Shown here: positions 54,558 through 64,000 of the stretch, piece by piece
Layout: each line of letters starts with the position of its first letter
How positions within the stretch are numbered: position 1 is the stretch's first letter
NCBI GenBank assembly: GCA_947259505.1
Contig: CAMYLT010000002.1
Location: forward strand, 328,598-392,597
Length of the DNA: 64,000 nucleotides
DNA from: an uncultured Porticoccus sp.
Lineage (GTDB): Bacteria; Pseudomonadota; Gammaproteobacteria; Pseudomonadales; Porticoccaceae
Direction of reading: 5' to 3'
Made by a program: the position numbers and the translations under genes
Notes under the pieces: generated by a model
The model's input: only the letters and a program-made list of their open reading frames with translations
Databases searched by the model: none
Told to the model about the DNA's origin: nothing

Positions 54558-54728
54558 ATGAACCAGCATTCCAAAAATAAGACGACAGTGTCAGAACCCC
54601 ATCCGGATTTCCACGGCGCAGCGGTCATTGATGAAGATGGCAATGAAATCCCCATCACTGAAGGCATGCTGCAAGAAGCCTTTGAAGAACTGGAAGAATC
54701 CGCGCCGAATGATTTAACGGACGACTGA
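54558..54728 (+). CDS. Small conserved-looking hypothetical protein (56 aa)
   Basis: Below the 60-aa cutoff of the ORF track. ATG at 54558 gives MNQHSKNKTTVSEPHPDFHGAAVIDEDGNEIPITEGMLQEAFEELEESAPNDLTDD and fills an otherwise empty 320-bp gap. Confidence 0.4.
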   Translation: MNQHSKNKTTVSEPHPDFHGAAVIDEDGNEIPITEGMLQEAFEELEESAPNDLTDD

Positions 54729-54795
54729 TACCCACCACGTCGTCACCGTTTTAACGACATGGCTAACGCATGGAACGGGGCTGTCTGATCGGACA

Positions 54796-55887
54796 TCAAG
54801 CTATTTTGAATTTCAGCGCGGACAGTTGATCAGCCAACATCTTGTCACCAACACCCCGGACGCGGTAATGGGAGAACTCGAGCCGCTGAGGGTAGTCTTT
54901 TCGCAACTGGTCAAAAGCCACAGCGCTAGCACCCACATCCGCGAGCAGCGTCTCCCGCATTTTCCGGTCATCTTCAGCCACGTCGTAAACAGCCAACACG
55001 GCTTTCGCCAGAGAAGCCCGTTTAATGAGCTCTATCATCTCCTTTGGTTCTTGCTGTTCCGGTACAGGTCGGCCCAACCAACGGCAGAAGGCATCTCGCA
55101 CCATTCGCGTACCATTGACCTTGCCGTCCCAACTATAACCGGCAATATGCGGCGTGCCGATGTTCACCTGTTCCAGTAAAGCCAGGGAAATCTCTGGTTC
55201 GTTCTCCCATACATCCAACACCACCTGCCAAGCCTGCTCGGGCATCAACCGCAACAACGCAGCGTTGTCCACTACAGCGCCGCGACCGGCATTCAAGAGC
55301 AGGCATCCCGGCGAAAAGCGTCGCAGTGCCTGTTCGTCGAGCAAGTGATAGGTGGGGTGAGGGCCAGCGGTTGTCAGCGGCGTGTGCAGGCAGAGAATAC
55401 TGGCTTCAAGCACCTCATCAAATGAACACAGGTCAGGAATTTGCTCAACGCTGAGAAATGGGTCATAACAGCGGCAAGGTACCCCGAGGGCTTTGAGGGT
55501 ACGATAGAGCCTCCCACCAACATTGCCACAACCGATAATACCCACCGTTTGCCGCAACCAGTCCGGGCGAACACGGAATAAAGCAGAGAGTACATACTGC
55601 ACGACGGCGTCGGCATTACAGCCCGGCGCACTGGCAAAGGCTATATTGCGATTGGCCAGATAATGCTGGTCGATATGATCGATACCAATGGTGGCGGAAC
55701 CCACAAAGCGCACGGAGCTGCCTTCCAGCAGCGCTGAATTGACCCGGGTGACTGATCGCACCAGTAACACATCCGCATCCTTCACCTGAGCAGCATGAAG
55801 CTCTCGACCGGGATACGTCACCACCTCTCCGTAGGGCGCAAAGAATTCACGCACCAACGGCATATTTTCGTCTGCAACAATTTTCAT
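54796..55887 (-). CDS. pdxB: 4-phosphoerythronate dehydrogenase
   Basis: MKIVADENMPLVREFF N-terminus like E. coli PdxB, with a D-2-hydroxyacid dehydrogenase NAD motif GIIGCGNVGG. Confidence 0.9.
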   Translation of the reverse strand: MKIVADENMPLVREFFAPYGEVVTYPGRELHAAQVKDADVLLVRSVTRVNSALLEGSSVRFVGSATIGIDHIDQHYLANRNIAFASAPGCNADAVVQYVLSALFRVRPDWLRQTVGIIGCGNVGGRLYRTLKALGVPCRCYDPFLSVEQIPDLCSFDEVLEASILCLHTPLTTAGPHPTYHLLDEQALRRFSPGCLLLNAGRGAVVDNAALLRLMPEQAWQVVLDVWENEPEISLALLEQVNIGTPHIAGYSWDGKVNGTRMVRDAFCRWLGRPVPEQQEPKEMIELIKRASLAKAVLAVYDVAEDDRKMRETLLADVGASAVAFDQLRKDYPQRLEFSHYRVRGVGDKMLADQLSALKFKIA

Positions 55888-55893
55888 CAATAT

Positions 55894-56787
55894 TTACGGA
55901 TCAGGTTGATTCAACTTGATGGCGCGGCCCAATGGAGCTTTACCAAAACCCATACGCTGGCAGAAATCTGCCAATCCATCCAGCATTATCGGTTTGCGCT
56001 CTGATTGCGCCTCACCAATCAGTACATTTTCGTCAATCGGCGTCAGGCGTCGTGCAATATCCAGCTGCTCGCGCCCGGCAGTGATTTTGGCTGAAAGTTT
56101 GGCGGCTCCGCGTACCGGAATCTCGGCCACCTTTTCTCCGGCAGCCAGTATGGCATCCAGATTACCGAAATGTGCCAGCAAGGCTAAGGCTGTCTTTGCC
56201 CCAACCCCCGGCACACCGGGAATATTGTCCACGGGGTCACCCACCAGCGCCAGATAATCTGCCAGCTGTTCCGGCCAGATGCCCATCTCTTGCCGCACAC
56301 CCTCCCGATCACGAGCATCGCTACGTCCGAAATCCCATATCAGATCTTCGTGACGTAACAGTTGCGCCAGGTCCTTGTCGCGGCTTACCACAATCACCTG
56401 ATGACCATCTGTACGACCCCTGCGGGCCAACGTGCCGATAATGTCATCCGCCTCATGGCTGTTGCTTGCCAATCCGCTAATCCCTAAAAGTTCGGTCACC
56501 TCGGCACAGGCATTCAGCTGAAATGCCAACGCTTCATCCGGTAACGCCCGGTTAGCTTTGTAAGCAGGGTAGATGTCGTTGCGAAAACAACTGCCAAGAC
56601 TCTCGTCGAAGGCCGCGACAATAAATTGTGGCTGCTGCTGTTCCAACAAGCTCAGCAAAAAACTCAGATAGCCGTAAACCGCTTGGGTGGGGTAACCCTC
56701 TTCACTATGCCAACGCTCAGGCAAGACGAAGTAATGACGAAAAATGTAAATGGAGGCATCGACCAAGTAGAGCGGTGCCAACATCAT
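55894..56787 (-). CDS. xni: 5'-3' exonuclease / flap endonuclease (Xni-like)
   Basis: PIN-like N-domain (LVDASIYIFR, EADD) and H3TH motif (DNIPGVPGVGAKTA). Confidence 0.8.
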   Translation of the reverse strand: MMLAPLYLVDASIYIFRHYFVLPERWHSEEGYPTQAVYGYLSFLLSLLEQQQPQFIVAAFDESLGSCFRNDIYPAYKANRALPDEALAFQLNACAEVTELLGISGLASNSHEADDIIGTLARRGRTDGHQVIVVSRDKDLAQLLRHEDLIWDFGRSDARDREGVRQEMGIWPEQLADYLALVGDPVDNIPGVPGVGAKTALALLAHFGNLDAILAAGEKVAEIPVRGAAKLSAKITAGREQLDIARRLTPIDENVLIGEAQSERKPIMLDGLADFCQRMGFGKAPLGRAIKLNQPDP

Positions 56788-57296
56788 AGATTGGCCGAGC
56801 TGAAGTGGCTGGCATCTCGATAACCGTTGCCACCAAATTCCTCTGCAAGCGCTACCGCCAGCAATGCCGCCCTTGATGGCAAGGGTGAATCACACCACTG
56901 ACGCGCCTGTTCGGCCACCGCATCGACAAAGGTATCACTGGCGCCAACCTCCCCCGCCAGGTTATCGGCGCTGATCCGAAAACGGTGGTCGGCGGCGCGG
57001 GATAATATCCACTCAAGCGCCTGTGGTTTGACCTCCACTTGCTCAAAAGAGCACTGTTGCTGCACAGTGCGGCCATCCGGGTTGTACCAGTAGCCGAAGT
57101 CCACCAACTGGCGACGTTGCTCACCGGCAAGACACCAGTGGGCGATTTCATGCAAGGCACTGGAAAAATAGTCATGTCGAAAGATCAGCCGGTGATGGCC
57201 ACACTGATCATCAGCTGGCAGATAGATGGGTTCGTCCCCCTCGGCAATGAGGTGGGTATTACAGGACCCGGAGAACAGTCGATTGAAAACATCCAT
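56784..57296 (-). CDS. epmC: Elongation factor P hydroxylase
   Basis: DEPIYLPAD, HEIAHWCLAGEQRRQLVDFGYWYNPDGR and VEVKPQALEW parallel E. coli EpmC (YfcM). The start may be a GTG at 57323. Confidence 0.8.
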   Translation of the reverse strand: MDVFNRLFSGSCNTHLIAEGDEPIYLPADDQCGHHRLIFRHDYFSSALHEIAHWCLAGEQRRQLVDFGYWYNPDGRTVQQQCSFEQVEVKPQALEWILSRAADHRFRISADNLAGEVGASDTFVDAVAEQARQWCDSPLPSRAALLAVALAEEFGGNGYRDASHFSSANL

Positions 57297-57330
57297 CAAC
57301 CGCCTGGTCCGCGGATCAAACACTTCATGC

Positions 57331-57798
57331 CTACCAGACAATATCCACGTCCTCACGGCAGCGGGTGCTATCAATGCGTTGCAGATAATCCAGAGAAAGA
57401 AACTCGCGACCGGCCAGCAAATGCTCCACATACCAGCGAGCTGGCCGGATGTTATTGTCAATCACAGCGGGGTTGGCGATATAGATCCAGGCGGGAATTT
57501 CACCGATAGCAGTCTGAACCCGGAACAGTTCTCGACTGTACATAAATGGCGTGCCTTCATGGGGATCGAGCTTGGCAATTTCGCCAGGATTTGCCAAACG
57601 ATATAAGACTCCCTCTACTCGTTCGCCACGGGAAAATACAATATTGGCACATGCGAGTTCCGCATCGCGACGTGAACGTTTATTGAAACGTAACCCAAAG
57701 CCATCGAGCCAACCGGGGCAAAGATCGATTACTTTCAATGCCCGCTCCGCCATTCTCTGCGGATTCATATTAGAACCATAAGCAAAATAGTAGCTCAC
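57331..57798 (-). CDS. Gamma-glutamylcyclotransferase (AIG2-like) family protein
   Basis: YYFAYGSNMN signature near the N-terminus when started at the GTG at 57798. The ORF-track start (57912) adds an unlikely leader. Confidence 0.65.
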   Translation of the reverse strand: MSYYFAYGSNMNPQRMAERALKVIDLCPGWLDGFGLRFNKRSRRDAELACANIVFSRGERVEGVLYRLANPGEIAKLDPHEGTPFMYSRELFRVQTAIGEIPAWIYIANPAVIDNNIRPARWYVEHLLAGREFLSLDYLQRIDSTRCREDVDIVW

Positions 57799-57950
57799 AA
57801 AATACACCCAAGGTATTGTGCTTAGAAATAATCGGTAGTACCTTATCTTGTGTGGGCGCGCTATAGCTTTCAGCGCCCTACAAGGTCCAGGCCCGACCCG
57901 GACGCAGTCCATCAGGCCCTGATCGAACTGCCATTTGAGGAGGCTGTATT

Positions 57951-58646
57951 ATGACTACCTCAACATCCGATCTCAACACGGACAACGTGATCGATCTCTT
58001 CACGGGTAAACCCTACTCTTCCCGCTCCAATCACCGCATCATTCGTCTCGCCCCTGAGCTCGATGGCTTGGAAATGATTTACTCCAACGAAGCTCACCCC
58101 ACTAAATTTTTCAGTATCAAAGTACTGTGCTGGGCATTGCGGGCAGATGGTGAAGTGGTGGGTCTGGTGCCTTGGCTTGATGACATCATGCCCTGCACCG
58201 AAATCCAGGACCCACTGAATGGCCACTGGGAAGGTTATTACGACCCGGGTATCGACGAAGTGTTTTTCGAAGCCCCTATCCACAAAGTCCTTGAGTTGGA
58301 AACCGCCGCCGAATACTACGACTTCGAGTGCGAAACCGACTGCGATGTGGTTCAGGAACTTCCAGACACCATTGGCACCCATGCAGTGCTTTCCAGCGAT
58401 GGTTTCAAGAGCATTACGCTGAAAGAAGTTGTCAGCTGGCGCCTGCTACACAACGGCGAAGTGTTGGGCATGCTGATTGACGATGAAAAGGTGGTCAGCA
58501 CTCCGGTACTACCCGGTGATGAATGCCTTTATCACGCCAAGGATGAAGAGACATTTCGCTACTTCTTCCAGCATCACATCGCCAACAAGATCAAGGCGAA
58601 AGATCCGGAAGCTCTCGCTGCCATTTCGATGTTAGTTGAGTCTTGA
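57951..58646 (+). CDS. Hypothetical protein (acidic, 231 aa)
   Basis: Clean ORF with typical codon look, behind GAGGAGG. No motif recognised. Confidence 0.55.
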   Translation: MTTSTSDLNTDNVIDLFTGKPYSSRSNHRIIRLAPELDGLEMIYSNEAHPTKFFSIKVLCWALRADGEVVGLVPWLDDIMPCTEIQDPLNGHWEGYYDPGIDEVFFEAPIHKVLELETAAEYYDFECETDCDVVQELPDTIGTHAVLSSDGFKSITLKEVVSWRLLHNGEVLGMLIDDEKVVSTPVLPGDECLYHAKDEETFRYFFQHHIANKIKAKDPEALAAISMLVES

Positions 58647-58790
58647 GTAGTTCGCTGACCGGCGACTGACGCTGGTCGGATAGAAAGCCCGCCCACAGTG
58701 GTGGTGGTTTTTCACCCCCCTAAAAATCCGGAAAAAATATTTTTCTCCGGGAAGGTTTCTTTCCCCCTCTTGTTTTTATGACCCTCGAAC

Positions 58791-59858
58791 TCAGTCCGGT
58801 AACCGACGCACGTGCCCGGTGACTTCTTCCCGGTCGTGATAAAGCTGCCTAAAATTCAACTCATAGCGAAAAACACCCGCCTCTTCGAGCCGCGCTTCAA
58901 TTCTGGCTTTGCAGTCCAGCACAACCTGATAGCGCTGCTTCATCGGTAGTTTGAGGTTAAAAACCGCCTCCCGACACCAACCCTTTGCCAGCCAGCGTCC
59001 CACCAGTTCTGCTACCCGTGCCGGTTTGTCCGCAATATCACTGACAAGCCATTGCACCGGTTTACGCGGCTCATAGAGGAATGCATCCGCACGAACGTGC
59101 TCGACCATACCAGTAGACATCAGTTCTGGAGCCATGGGGCCGTTGTCCACGGCATAAACAGTCAAACCTCGAGCCACTAACTGATAGGTCCAACCACCGG
59201 GGGCTGCGCCCAAATCGACGGCGCGGGTGCGTGCTTTGAGCCGATCCGCCCATTCTTCTGCCGGGATAAAAAAGTGCCAAGCCTCTTCCAGTTTCAGTGT
59301 GGCCCTGCTGGGGGCATCGCGAGGCACCTTCAATCGGGGAATACCCATTGCCCAGTTGCTACTGTTTTCCATTGTGCTGATACCGACCCAAGCTTCCCTG
59401 CCAGATAGAAACAACAAGTGAAGTCGATATTTGGCGGCGGGCTTCATCAATCCCCGCTTTTTGAGAGCCTGACGGAGAGGCACGGTGATCTTCCGACAAA
59501 ATGCCGACAGCTCCTTGCCTTCATTGGTATCCACATATTCGACACTGAATTCTGCCAGTTTGCCAGGTGCAATTTCCGCCGCTAATTCCACCAAGGGTGC
59601 AACGCGGTTCTGTTCCGGCAAGTTGTCCAGTAAGGGCACTGCAGCAAACCACTGTCGTGTGAAAATCAGCTGATTAAAATCCAGCTGCCGCATCAGTTGC
59701 CAAGCGCCATCATCGTCGTGTGTGACGTAACTAACCAGGCCGCTGCCTTCGGTAGTTTTGGCGTAACCATAAACCCCAACCGGACCGGCCAGGTCAGTAA
59801 TCTCGGCCGCTGCTTCTTTCTCAAAACCGGGACGGCAATAAAGTATCAGGTGATTCAA
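58791..59858 (-). CDS. rlmM: 23S rRNA (cytidine2498-2'-O)-methyltransferase
   Basis: LYCRPGFEKE, MGIPRLK, APSRATLKLEEA, VDLGAAPGGWTYQL and LYHDREEVTGHVRR parallel E. coli RlmM. Confidence 0.9.
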   Translation of the reverse strand: MNHLILYCRPGFEKEAAAEITDLAGPVGVYGYAKTTEGSGLVSYVTHDDDGAWQLMRQLDFNQLIFTRQWFAAVPLLDNLPEQNRVAPLVELAAEIAPGKLAEFSVEYVDTNEGKELSAFCRKITVPLRQALKKRGLMKPAAKYRLHLLFLSGREAWVGISTMENSSNWAMGIPRLKVPRDAPSRATLKLEEAWHFFIPAEEWADRLKARTRAVDLGAAPGGWTYQLVARGLTVYAVDNGPMAPELMSTGMVEHVRADAFLYEPRKPVQWLVSDIADKPARVAELVGRWLAKGWCREAVFNLKLPMKQRYQVVLDCKARIEARLEEAGVFRYELNFRQLYHDREEVTGHVRRLPD

Positions 59859-60493
59859 CGAGTCAGACTCCGTGCAAATGCCACCACATCAGTGGCAACG
59901 GTGTGTAAGTGGTCATCATGATGTAACCCCGAGGCTTTGCGGGGTTTCAGGTCGTGATCGCCATCCTCAAGCCACTGCACCGTAACAGCCGGGCTGAAGG
60001 CGACGGCTTCCAGTTCGCAGGGCTTGCCAAACGGATCACGAGTACCCTGAAAAATTTTCGCAGGCGTTATCATGTTTTGGAATTGCTCGACACGCAGCTT
60101 TTCCGGCTTACCTGGTGCGTGAAATGGAAAACCAACACAACAAAGCCCATCGGCTCGCAGTTCATCCGCCACTAAGCTGGCCATGCGGCCGCCCATGGAT
60201 TTCCCACCGATCAACAGGGGCCTTGGCAAATCGTTGCGCTCACTGATTTCCGCAAACACCTGATGCCAGCAGTCCAGCAGTAGAGGCTGTCGATCCGGCG
60301 GTCGCTTGCTGCCACCAACGCGGCGCTGCGCCATGTAGGGGAATTCAAACCGCACCACGGTAATGCCCGCCCTAGCCAACCACTGGGCAAATGAAGCCAT
60401 AAAGTCGCTATCCATTGGCGCACCGGCGCCGTGGGCGAGGATCAGAGTACCGCAGGAACGGTCTTCCGCTCCCCGGTCGATCAAGTAATTCAT
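59855..60493 (-). CDS. Alpha/beta hydrolase family protein
   Basis: GKSMGG nucleophile elbow, about 210 aa. 4-nt overlaps with both neighbours. Confidence 0.7.
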   Translation of the reverse strand: MNYLIDRGAEDRSCGTLILAHGAGAPMDSDFMASFAQWLARAGITVVRFEFPYMAQRRVGGSKRPPDRQPLLLDCWHQVFAEISERNDLPRPLLIGGKSMGGRMASLVADELRADGLCCVGFPFHAPGKPEKLRVEQFQNMITPAKIFQGTRDPFGKPCELEAVAFSPAVTVQWLEDGDHDLKPRKASGLHHDDHLHTVATDVVAFARSLTR

Positions 60494-60720
60494 GATGCTA
60501 ACTGTCGGAACTGATGTCGGGTGAGGAGGTTACAGGTTTCCGTGACTGGGTCAAAGGTAATCACTACGTCTCCTTTGGTGATTTGCAGCCTGACCTGCTG
60601 CACCTTCACCTGGAAATCTATCTCTTCAACGCCATAGTCGGTGGCTTCTCGTGAGACAAAGTCTTCTACCAGGGCATCCAACAATTCTGCGGATAAACGG
60701 TCCGGAGGAATTTCGATCAC
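60490..60720 (-). CDS. yheU: YheU-family protein (UPF0270)
   Basis: 76 aa. LDALVEDFVSREATDYG parallels E. coli YheU LENLIESFVLREGTDYG. Confidence 0.8.
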   Translation of the reverse strand: MIEIPPDRLSAELLDALVEDFVSREATDYGVEEIDFQVKVQQVRLQITKGDVVITFDPVTETCNLLTRHQFRQLAS

Positions 60721-61514
60721 GGGGCAGCAGGCTTCCTGAATTTCAGTGTCATACGATCACTTTCACCAATATCCAGATAGGTTGACCGATCCTTGTTCCC
60801 CAGGCGCAACGTCGGAGGCAGGGTCCAGACGCCAGCTGGATGTATCGTCAAATCTTTCGGATTGGCATTGATCTCACTTTTGGCTTCCAGCACGAAACCG
60901 GCTTTTTGGGCCAATTCAATCACATATTTTTCCGTCATATAGCCACTGGTCAGCATGGATGCGCGGCAGGTATCCGCTTTGGCACGGTGTTCAACCACCC
61001 CCAGAATCCCTCCCGGCTTTAGAACGCGATAGAACAATTCAAATGCCATCGCTTCGCTGTCTGTTTTCAGCCAATTGTGAACATTGCGAAAAGTTAGCAC
61101 CCGGTCAACGTTACCCTCAGGCACGTCCAGCTGATGGCGGGAAGGATCAAAAGTCGCCATCTGGACGTGCTTATAGGTGTCGGGATCAGATGAGAGCTTG
61201 GCCTCAAACTCCTGGCGCGACAAATCAAAAAAAGTCACACCAATACCGCGGGGAAAATGCGCCGCATAAAAAATGCCATCGGACAAAAGTGGCGCCAGAA
61301 TCTCGGTGTACCAACCTGCTCCAGGCCAGATTTCCACCACCGTCATTCCAGGCTGAACCTCAAAAAAGGACAGTGTTTCCTGTGGATGACGCCAGACATC
61401 CCGCTCGACATACGCAGGGGTGCGGTGGACACCCTCAAAAGGTGATGCGAAGACGTCTGTCACGGAAAACGTAGTCAGGAGAATGATCAGGTACAGTGGA
61501 AACTTATTGGTCAT
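60717..61514 (-). CDS. Secreted class I SAM-dependent methyltransferase
   Basis: Signal peptide MTNKFPLYLIILLTTFSVTDVFA, then VVEIWPGAGWYT motif I. Confidence 0.7.
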   Translation of the reverse strand: MTNKFPLYLIILLTTFSVTDVFASPFEGVHRTPAYVERDVWRHPQETLSFFEVQPGMTVVEIWPGAGWYTEILAPLLSDGIFYAAHFPRGIGVTFFDLSRQEFEAKLSSDPDTYKHVQMATFDPSRHQLDVPEGNVDRVLTFRNVHNWLKTDSEAMAFELFYRVLKPGGILGVVEHRAKADTCRASMLTSGYMTEKYVIELAQKAGFVLEAKSEINANPKDLTIHPAGVWTLPPTLRLGNKDRSTYLDIGESDRMTLKFRKPAAP

Positions 61515-61610
61515 GTCAGCACCTCGTGAAATCCTTTTAACCGCTTGTCACCGTGGTCTGATCCAGGGTGATAGGCCATAATACGCTCATAACCCTGAAG
61601 GGATACCACC

Positions 61611-62129
61611 ATGAAACATTACCTGGTTCTGACGATTATAGCTGACGATCGCCCCGGCATCGTTGAACGCATCGCCGATACAGTGGCCGCGGCAGGCGGC
61701 AACTGGCTGGAAAGTAATATGTCCCGTCTGGCGGGGAAATTTGCTGGCATCCTGCTGGTGGATATCGCCGAAGAAAAACAAAGCAGCCTATTGGCATCAT
61801 TAGAGCAGCTACGCTCACTGGGTATTCGTGTCAGCGGGGAGCCCTGCTCCACGACACAAGCAGCGGCAGGAGAACAATTAGTACTGACGGTGGTAGGGAA
61901 TGACCGTCCCGGTATCGTTGGCGAAATCTCGGCTATTCTGGCCAGCCTGCACGTCAACATGGAAGAGCTGGATACGTGCTGTGAAGATGCACCGATGAGC
62001 TCTGAAATATTGTTCCGAGCGACAGCCACCCTACAGCTTCCTGCAGACCTCGACCGCTATCGGTTACAAGCGGCACTGGAAGGGGTATCGGATGACCTGA
62101 TGGTCGAACTGGAACACCCGACCACTTAG
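61611..62129 (+). CDS. gcvR: Glycine cleavage system regulator-like tandem ACT-domain protein
   Basis: Two ACT-like repeats, each beginning with DRPGIV. Confidence 0.7.
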   Translation: MKHYLVLTIIADDRPGIVERIADTVAAAGGNWLESNMSRLAGKFAGILLVDIAEEKQSSLLASLEQLRSLGIRVSGEPCSTTQAAAGEQLVLTVVGNDRPGIVGEISAILASLHVNMEELDTCCEDAPMSSEILFRATATLQLPADLDRYRLQAALEGVSDDLMVELEHPTT

Positions 62130-62139
62130 TTAGGATGGG

Positions 62140-62910
62140 TTATCCCACCAGTCCTTTAAGCAGCACACCAATGCCATAGGCCATACTGGCTGCGATGCCA
62201 CCGATGACAACGGTTTCAAGACCAGAGATCAACCAGTGCTGATCGACAAAGCGCCCTTTCATGGCACCCACCCAGAAAAAGGCGACAACGGTTAAACCGG
62301 CTGACCAGATAAACGGATCGGCAACCGCCCCCGGCATGATCCAGTTTGCCACATAGGTGATAAGCGGGATGAATCCCACCACGCAGAACGCCACAAAAGT
62401 GGCCAGGCCTGCCTTGAATGCATTATGGGTCTGCAGAGATAAACCAAATTCTTCCTGCACCATGGTGTCCACCCACTTTTCCCGGTCGGAGACAATGACC
62501 TCTACCGCGTCTTCCAGAAGGTTGCCTTCAAAACCCTTGCGAGCATAAATCTGGCGCACTTCTTCAACTTCACCCTCCGGAAATTTATCGATCTCATCAA
62601 ATTCCCGCTGGCGAATCTTCTGGCGGTGCTGATTTTCCGCTCGGGTACCCAAATAGTTACTGACGGCCATACTGAAGCCATCAGCCAGCAGGTTGGCAAA
62701 GCCAAGGATAATGATGACCCCAGCGGACATTCCCGCGCCTGCCACACCGGCCACAATGGCAAAGGTGGTGATCGCACCGTCGACAGCACCGTAGATAAAT
62801 TCTTTCAGATAAATAGAATCAGGGCCTTCTTCCAGCCGCTGTGCGATCAGGTGGGGGTGGTGGTGAGCTCTAAACTCTTCCAGCTCACTCAAATCATCAT
62901 GACTTTCCAT
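62140..62910 (-). CDS. VIT1/CCC1-family iron/manganese transporter
   Basis: YGAVDGAITTFAIVAGVAG, a soluble Glu-rich helical insert, and three C-terminal TM helices. Confidence 0.8.
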   Translation of the reverse strand: MESHDDLSELEEFRAHHHPHLIAQRLEEGPDSIYLKEFIYGAVDGAITTFAIVAGVAGAGMSAGVIIILGFANLLADGFSMAVSNYLGTRAENQHRQKIRQREFDEIDKFPEGEVEEVRQIYARKGFEGNLLEDAVEVIVSDREKWVDTMVQEEFGLSLQTHNAFKAGLATFVAFCVVGFIPLITYVANWIMPGAVADPFIWSAGLTVVAFFWVGAMKGRFVDQHWLISGLETVVIGGIAASMAYGIGVLLKGLVG

Positions 62911-63051
62911 TACAACTCCTGGCCATTACAACTTATGGGGCGCCGATAGGTCATATAGGCGGGATCCATCGCAACGGGGTGCAGGTGCAGGCTGGCCAAG
63001 CGACGAATCCAGTTGCATGATAGCGCACACCGAAATATATGTACTGACATC

Positions 63052-63516
63052 ATGCTGAATATCGTCCTTTTTGAACCGGAAATACCGCCTAATACTGGCA
63101 ACATTATACGTCTCTGTGCCAATACAGGATTTGCCCTCCACCTGATTGAACCCCTCGGCTTTGAGCTGGATGACAAACGTCTGCGGCGGGCAGGGCTGGA
63201 TTATCGGGAATGGCAGGATGCTAAAGTCCATGCCAACTGGTCTGCCTTTGTCGAAAGTGAAAACCCCCAACGGATCTTTGCCATTAGCACCAAGGGCCAA
63301 CACCGCTATACCGATATCGCCTACCAGCGCGGGGATACGCTGGTATTTGGCCCAGAAACCCGTGGCCTGCCGACGGCATTTCGAGAGGCTTTGCCCCCTG
63401 ATCACGTACTGCGGATTCCTATGCAGCGTGAAAGCCGCAGCCTCAATCTATCCAATGCTGCAGCACTGATCGTTTACGAAGCCTGGCGACAGCTCGGCTT
63501 TGAGGGTGCAGTCTAG
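63052..63516 (+). CDS. trmL: tRNA (cytidine/uridine34-2'-O)-methyltransferase
   Basis: [37 protein letters not shown] and [15 protein letters not shown] (SPOUT, YibK type). Confidence 0.9.
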   Translation: MLNIVLFEPEIPPNTGNIIRLCANTGFALHLIEPLGFELDDKRLRRAGLDYREWQDAKVHANWSAFVESENPQRIFAISTKGQHRYTDIAYQRGDTLVFGPETRGLPTAFREALPPDHVLRIPMQRESRSLNLSNAAALIVYEAWRQLGFEGAV

Positions 63517-63566
63517 GGATAATGACCGTAAAATCACTCGCCGACGGCAACCAACTCTCTCAGCAG

Positions 63567-64000
63567 ATGAATCCAGCTCCCATTGGCCTGTTCTACGGCT
63601 CCTCCACCTGCTACACCGAAATGGTGGCGGAAAAAATCGCCACCGAGTTCGGTGATGCCATGGTGGACGTTCATAACGTGGCGGACGTGCCGGTATCCAC
63701 CATGGCGGATTATCGACTACTCATTCTCGGCATCCCCACCTGGGATTACGGAGAACTCCAGGAAGATTGGGAAAACTGCTGGGACGACATCGACCAGTTG
63801 GATTTCACGGGTAAAACGGTGGCGCTATTCGGCCTGGGAGATCAGATAGGCTACCCAGAGTGGTTCCTGGATGCACTCGGCTACCTGTGGGCCAAGGTGC
63901 GCAATCTCGGGGCCAACACCATCGGCTATTGGCCGGTGGACGGCTTTGAGTTCGAAGACTCCAAGGCACTTACTGAAGATGGCCAGCATTTTGTCGGTCT
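63567..64000 (+). CDS. fldB: Long-chain flavodoxin (3' end beyond the window)
   Basis: My own translation, MNPAPIGLFYGSSTCYTEMVAEKI...LILGIPTWDYGELQEDWE...ALFGLGDQIGYPEWFLDALG, parallels E. coli FldB. It is absent from the ORF track because there is no stop in the window. An in-frame upstream ATG lies at 63522. Confidence 0.85.
   Translation, partial: MNPAPIGLFYGSSTCYTEMVAEKIATEFGDAMVDVHNVADVPVSTMADYRLLILGIPTWDYGELQEDWENCWDDIDQLDFTGKTVALFGLGDQIGYPEWFLDALGYLWAKVRNLGANTIGYWPVDGFEFEDSKALTEDGQHFVG

Noticed and set aside
63583-63849. 88-aa ORF in the track near the window end
   Set aside because: It is out of frame with the flavodoxin reading frame (63567 onward), which matches E. coli FldB closely.
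1-64000. CRISPR arrays, rRNA operons, IS elements, prophage genes
   Set aside because: I saw no spaced direct repeats, rRNA-like sequence, transposase or integrase motifs, or phage structural genes on either strand.

Overview
The 64-kb window looks like chromosomal DNA from a gammaproteobacterium. This is an inference from gene content: acnB, trhP, cmoM, yadGH, alaA, pdxB, xni, epmC, rlmM, yheU, trmL and fldB all read like their E. coli counterparts. Sampled lines are mostly above 55% G+C. I support about 70 protein genes, 4 tRNAs (Arg-CCU, Ser-GGA, Gly-GCC, Glu-UUC) and a few rho-independent terminators. I found no rRNA, CRISPR array, transposase or integrase. The flanks (1-14.6 kb and 43.5-64 kb) are housekeeping genes, including many RNA-modification enzymes. 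They are interrupted by two small AT-rich islets: a solo HEPN-motif gene at 3.8-4.4 kb, and an acidic small protein plus a DUF3883-type protein next to tRNA-Ser at 44.5-46.2 kb. The main feature is a block of 26 genes, about 29 kb long (14.7-43.4 kb). It combines a complete bacterial ceramide core (Spt-type oxoamine synthase, dedicated ACP, fatty acyl-AMP ligase, SDR reductase, GNAT-fold N-acyltransferase) with many tailoring genes. These are three PAPS-type sulfotransferases, three ELM1-family paralogs, two GT8-like paralogs, and a GT2-like gene inside an AT-rich insert. There are also a DAGK-type lipid kinase coupled to a Tam41/Mmp37-like protein, three hydroxylase-type enzymes, a methyltransferase, an LpxL-type acyltransferase, an MsbA-like exporter and an Sfp-type PPTase. 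I interpret this block as a candidate pathway for a sulfated, glycosylated and/or phosphorylated sphingolipid, a combination I do not know from any described bacterial system. All family assignments rest on motifs read by eye and on remembered reference sequences. No searches were run.
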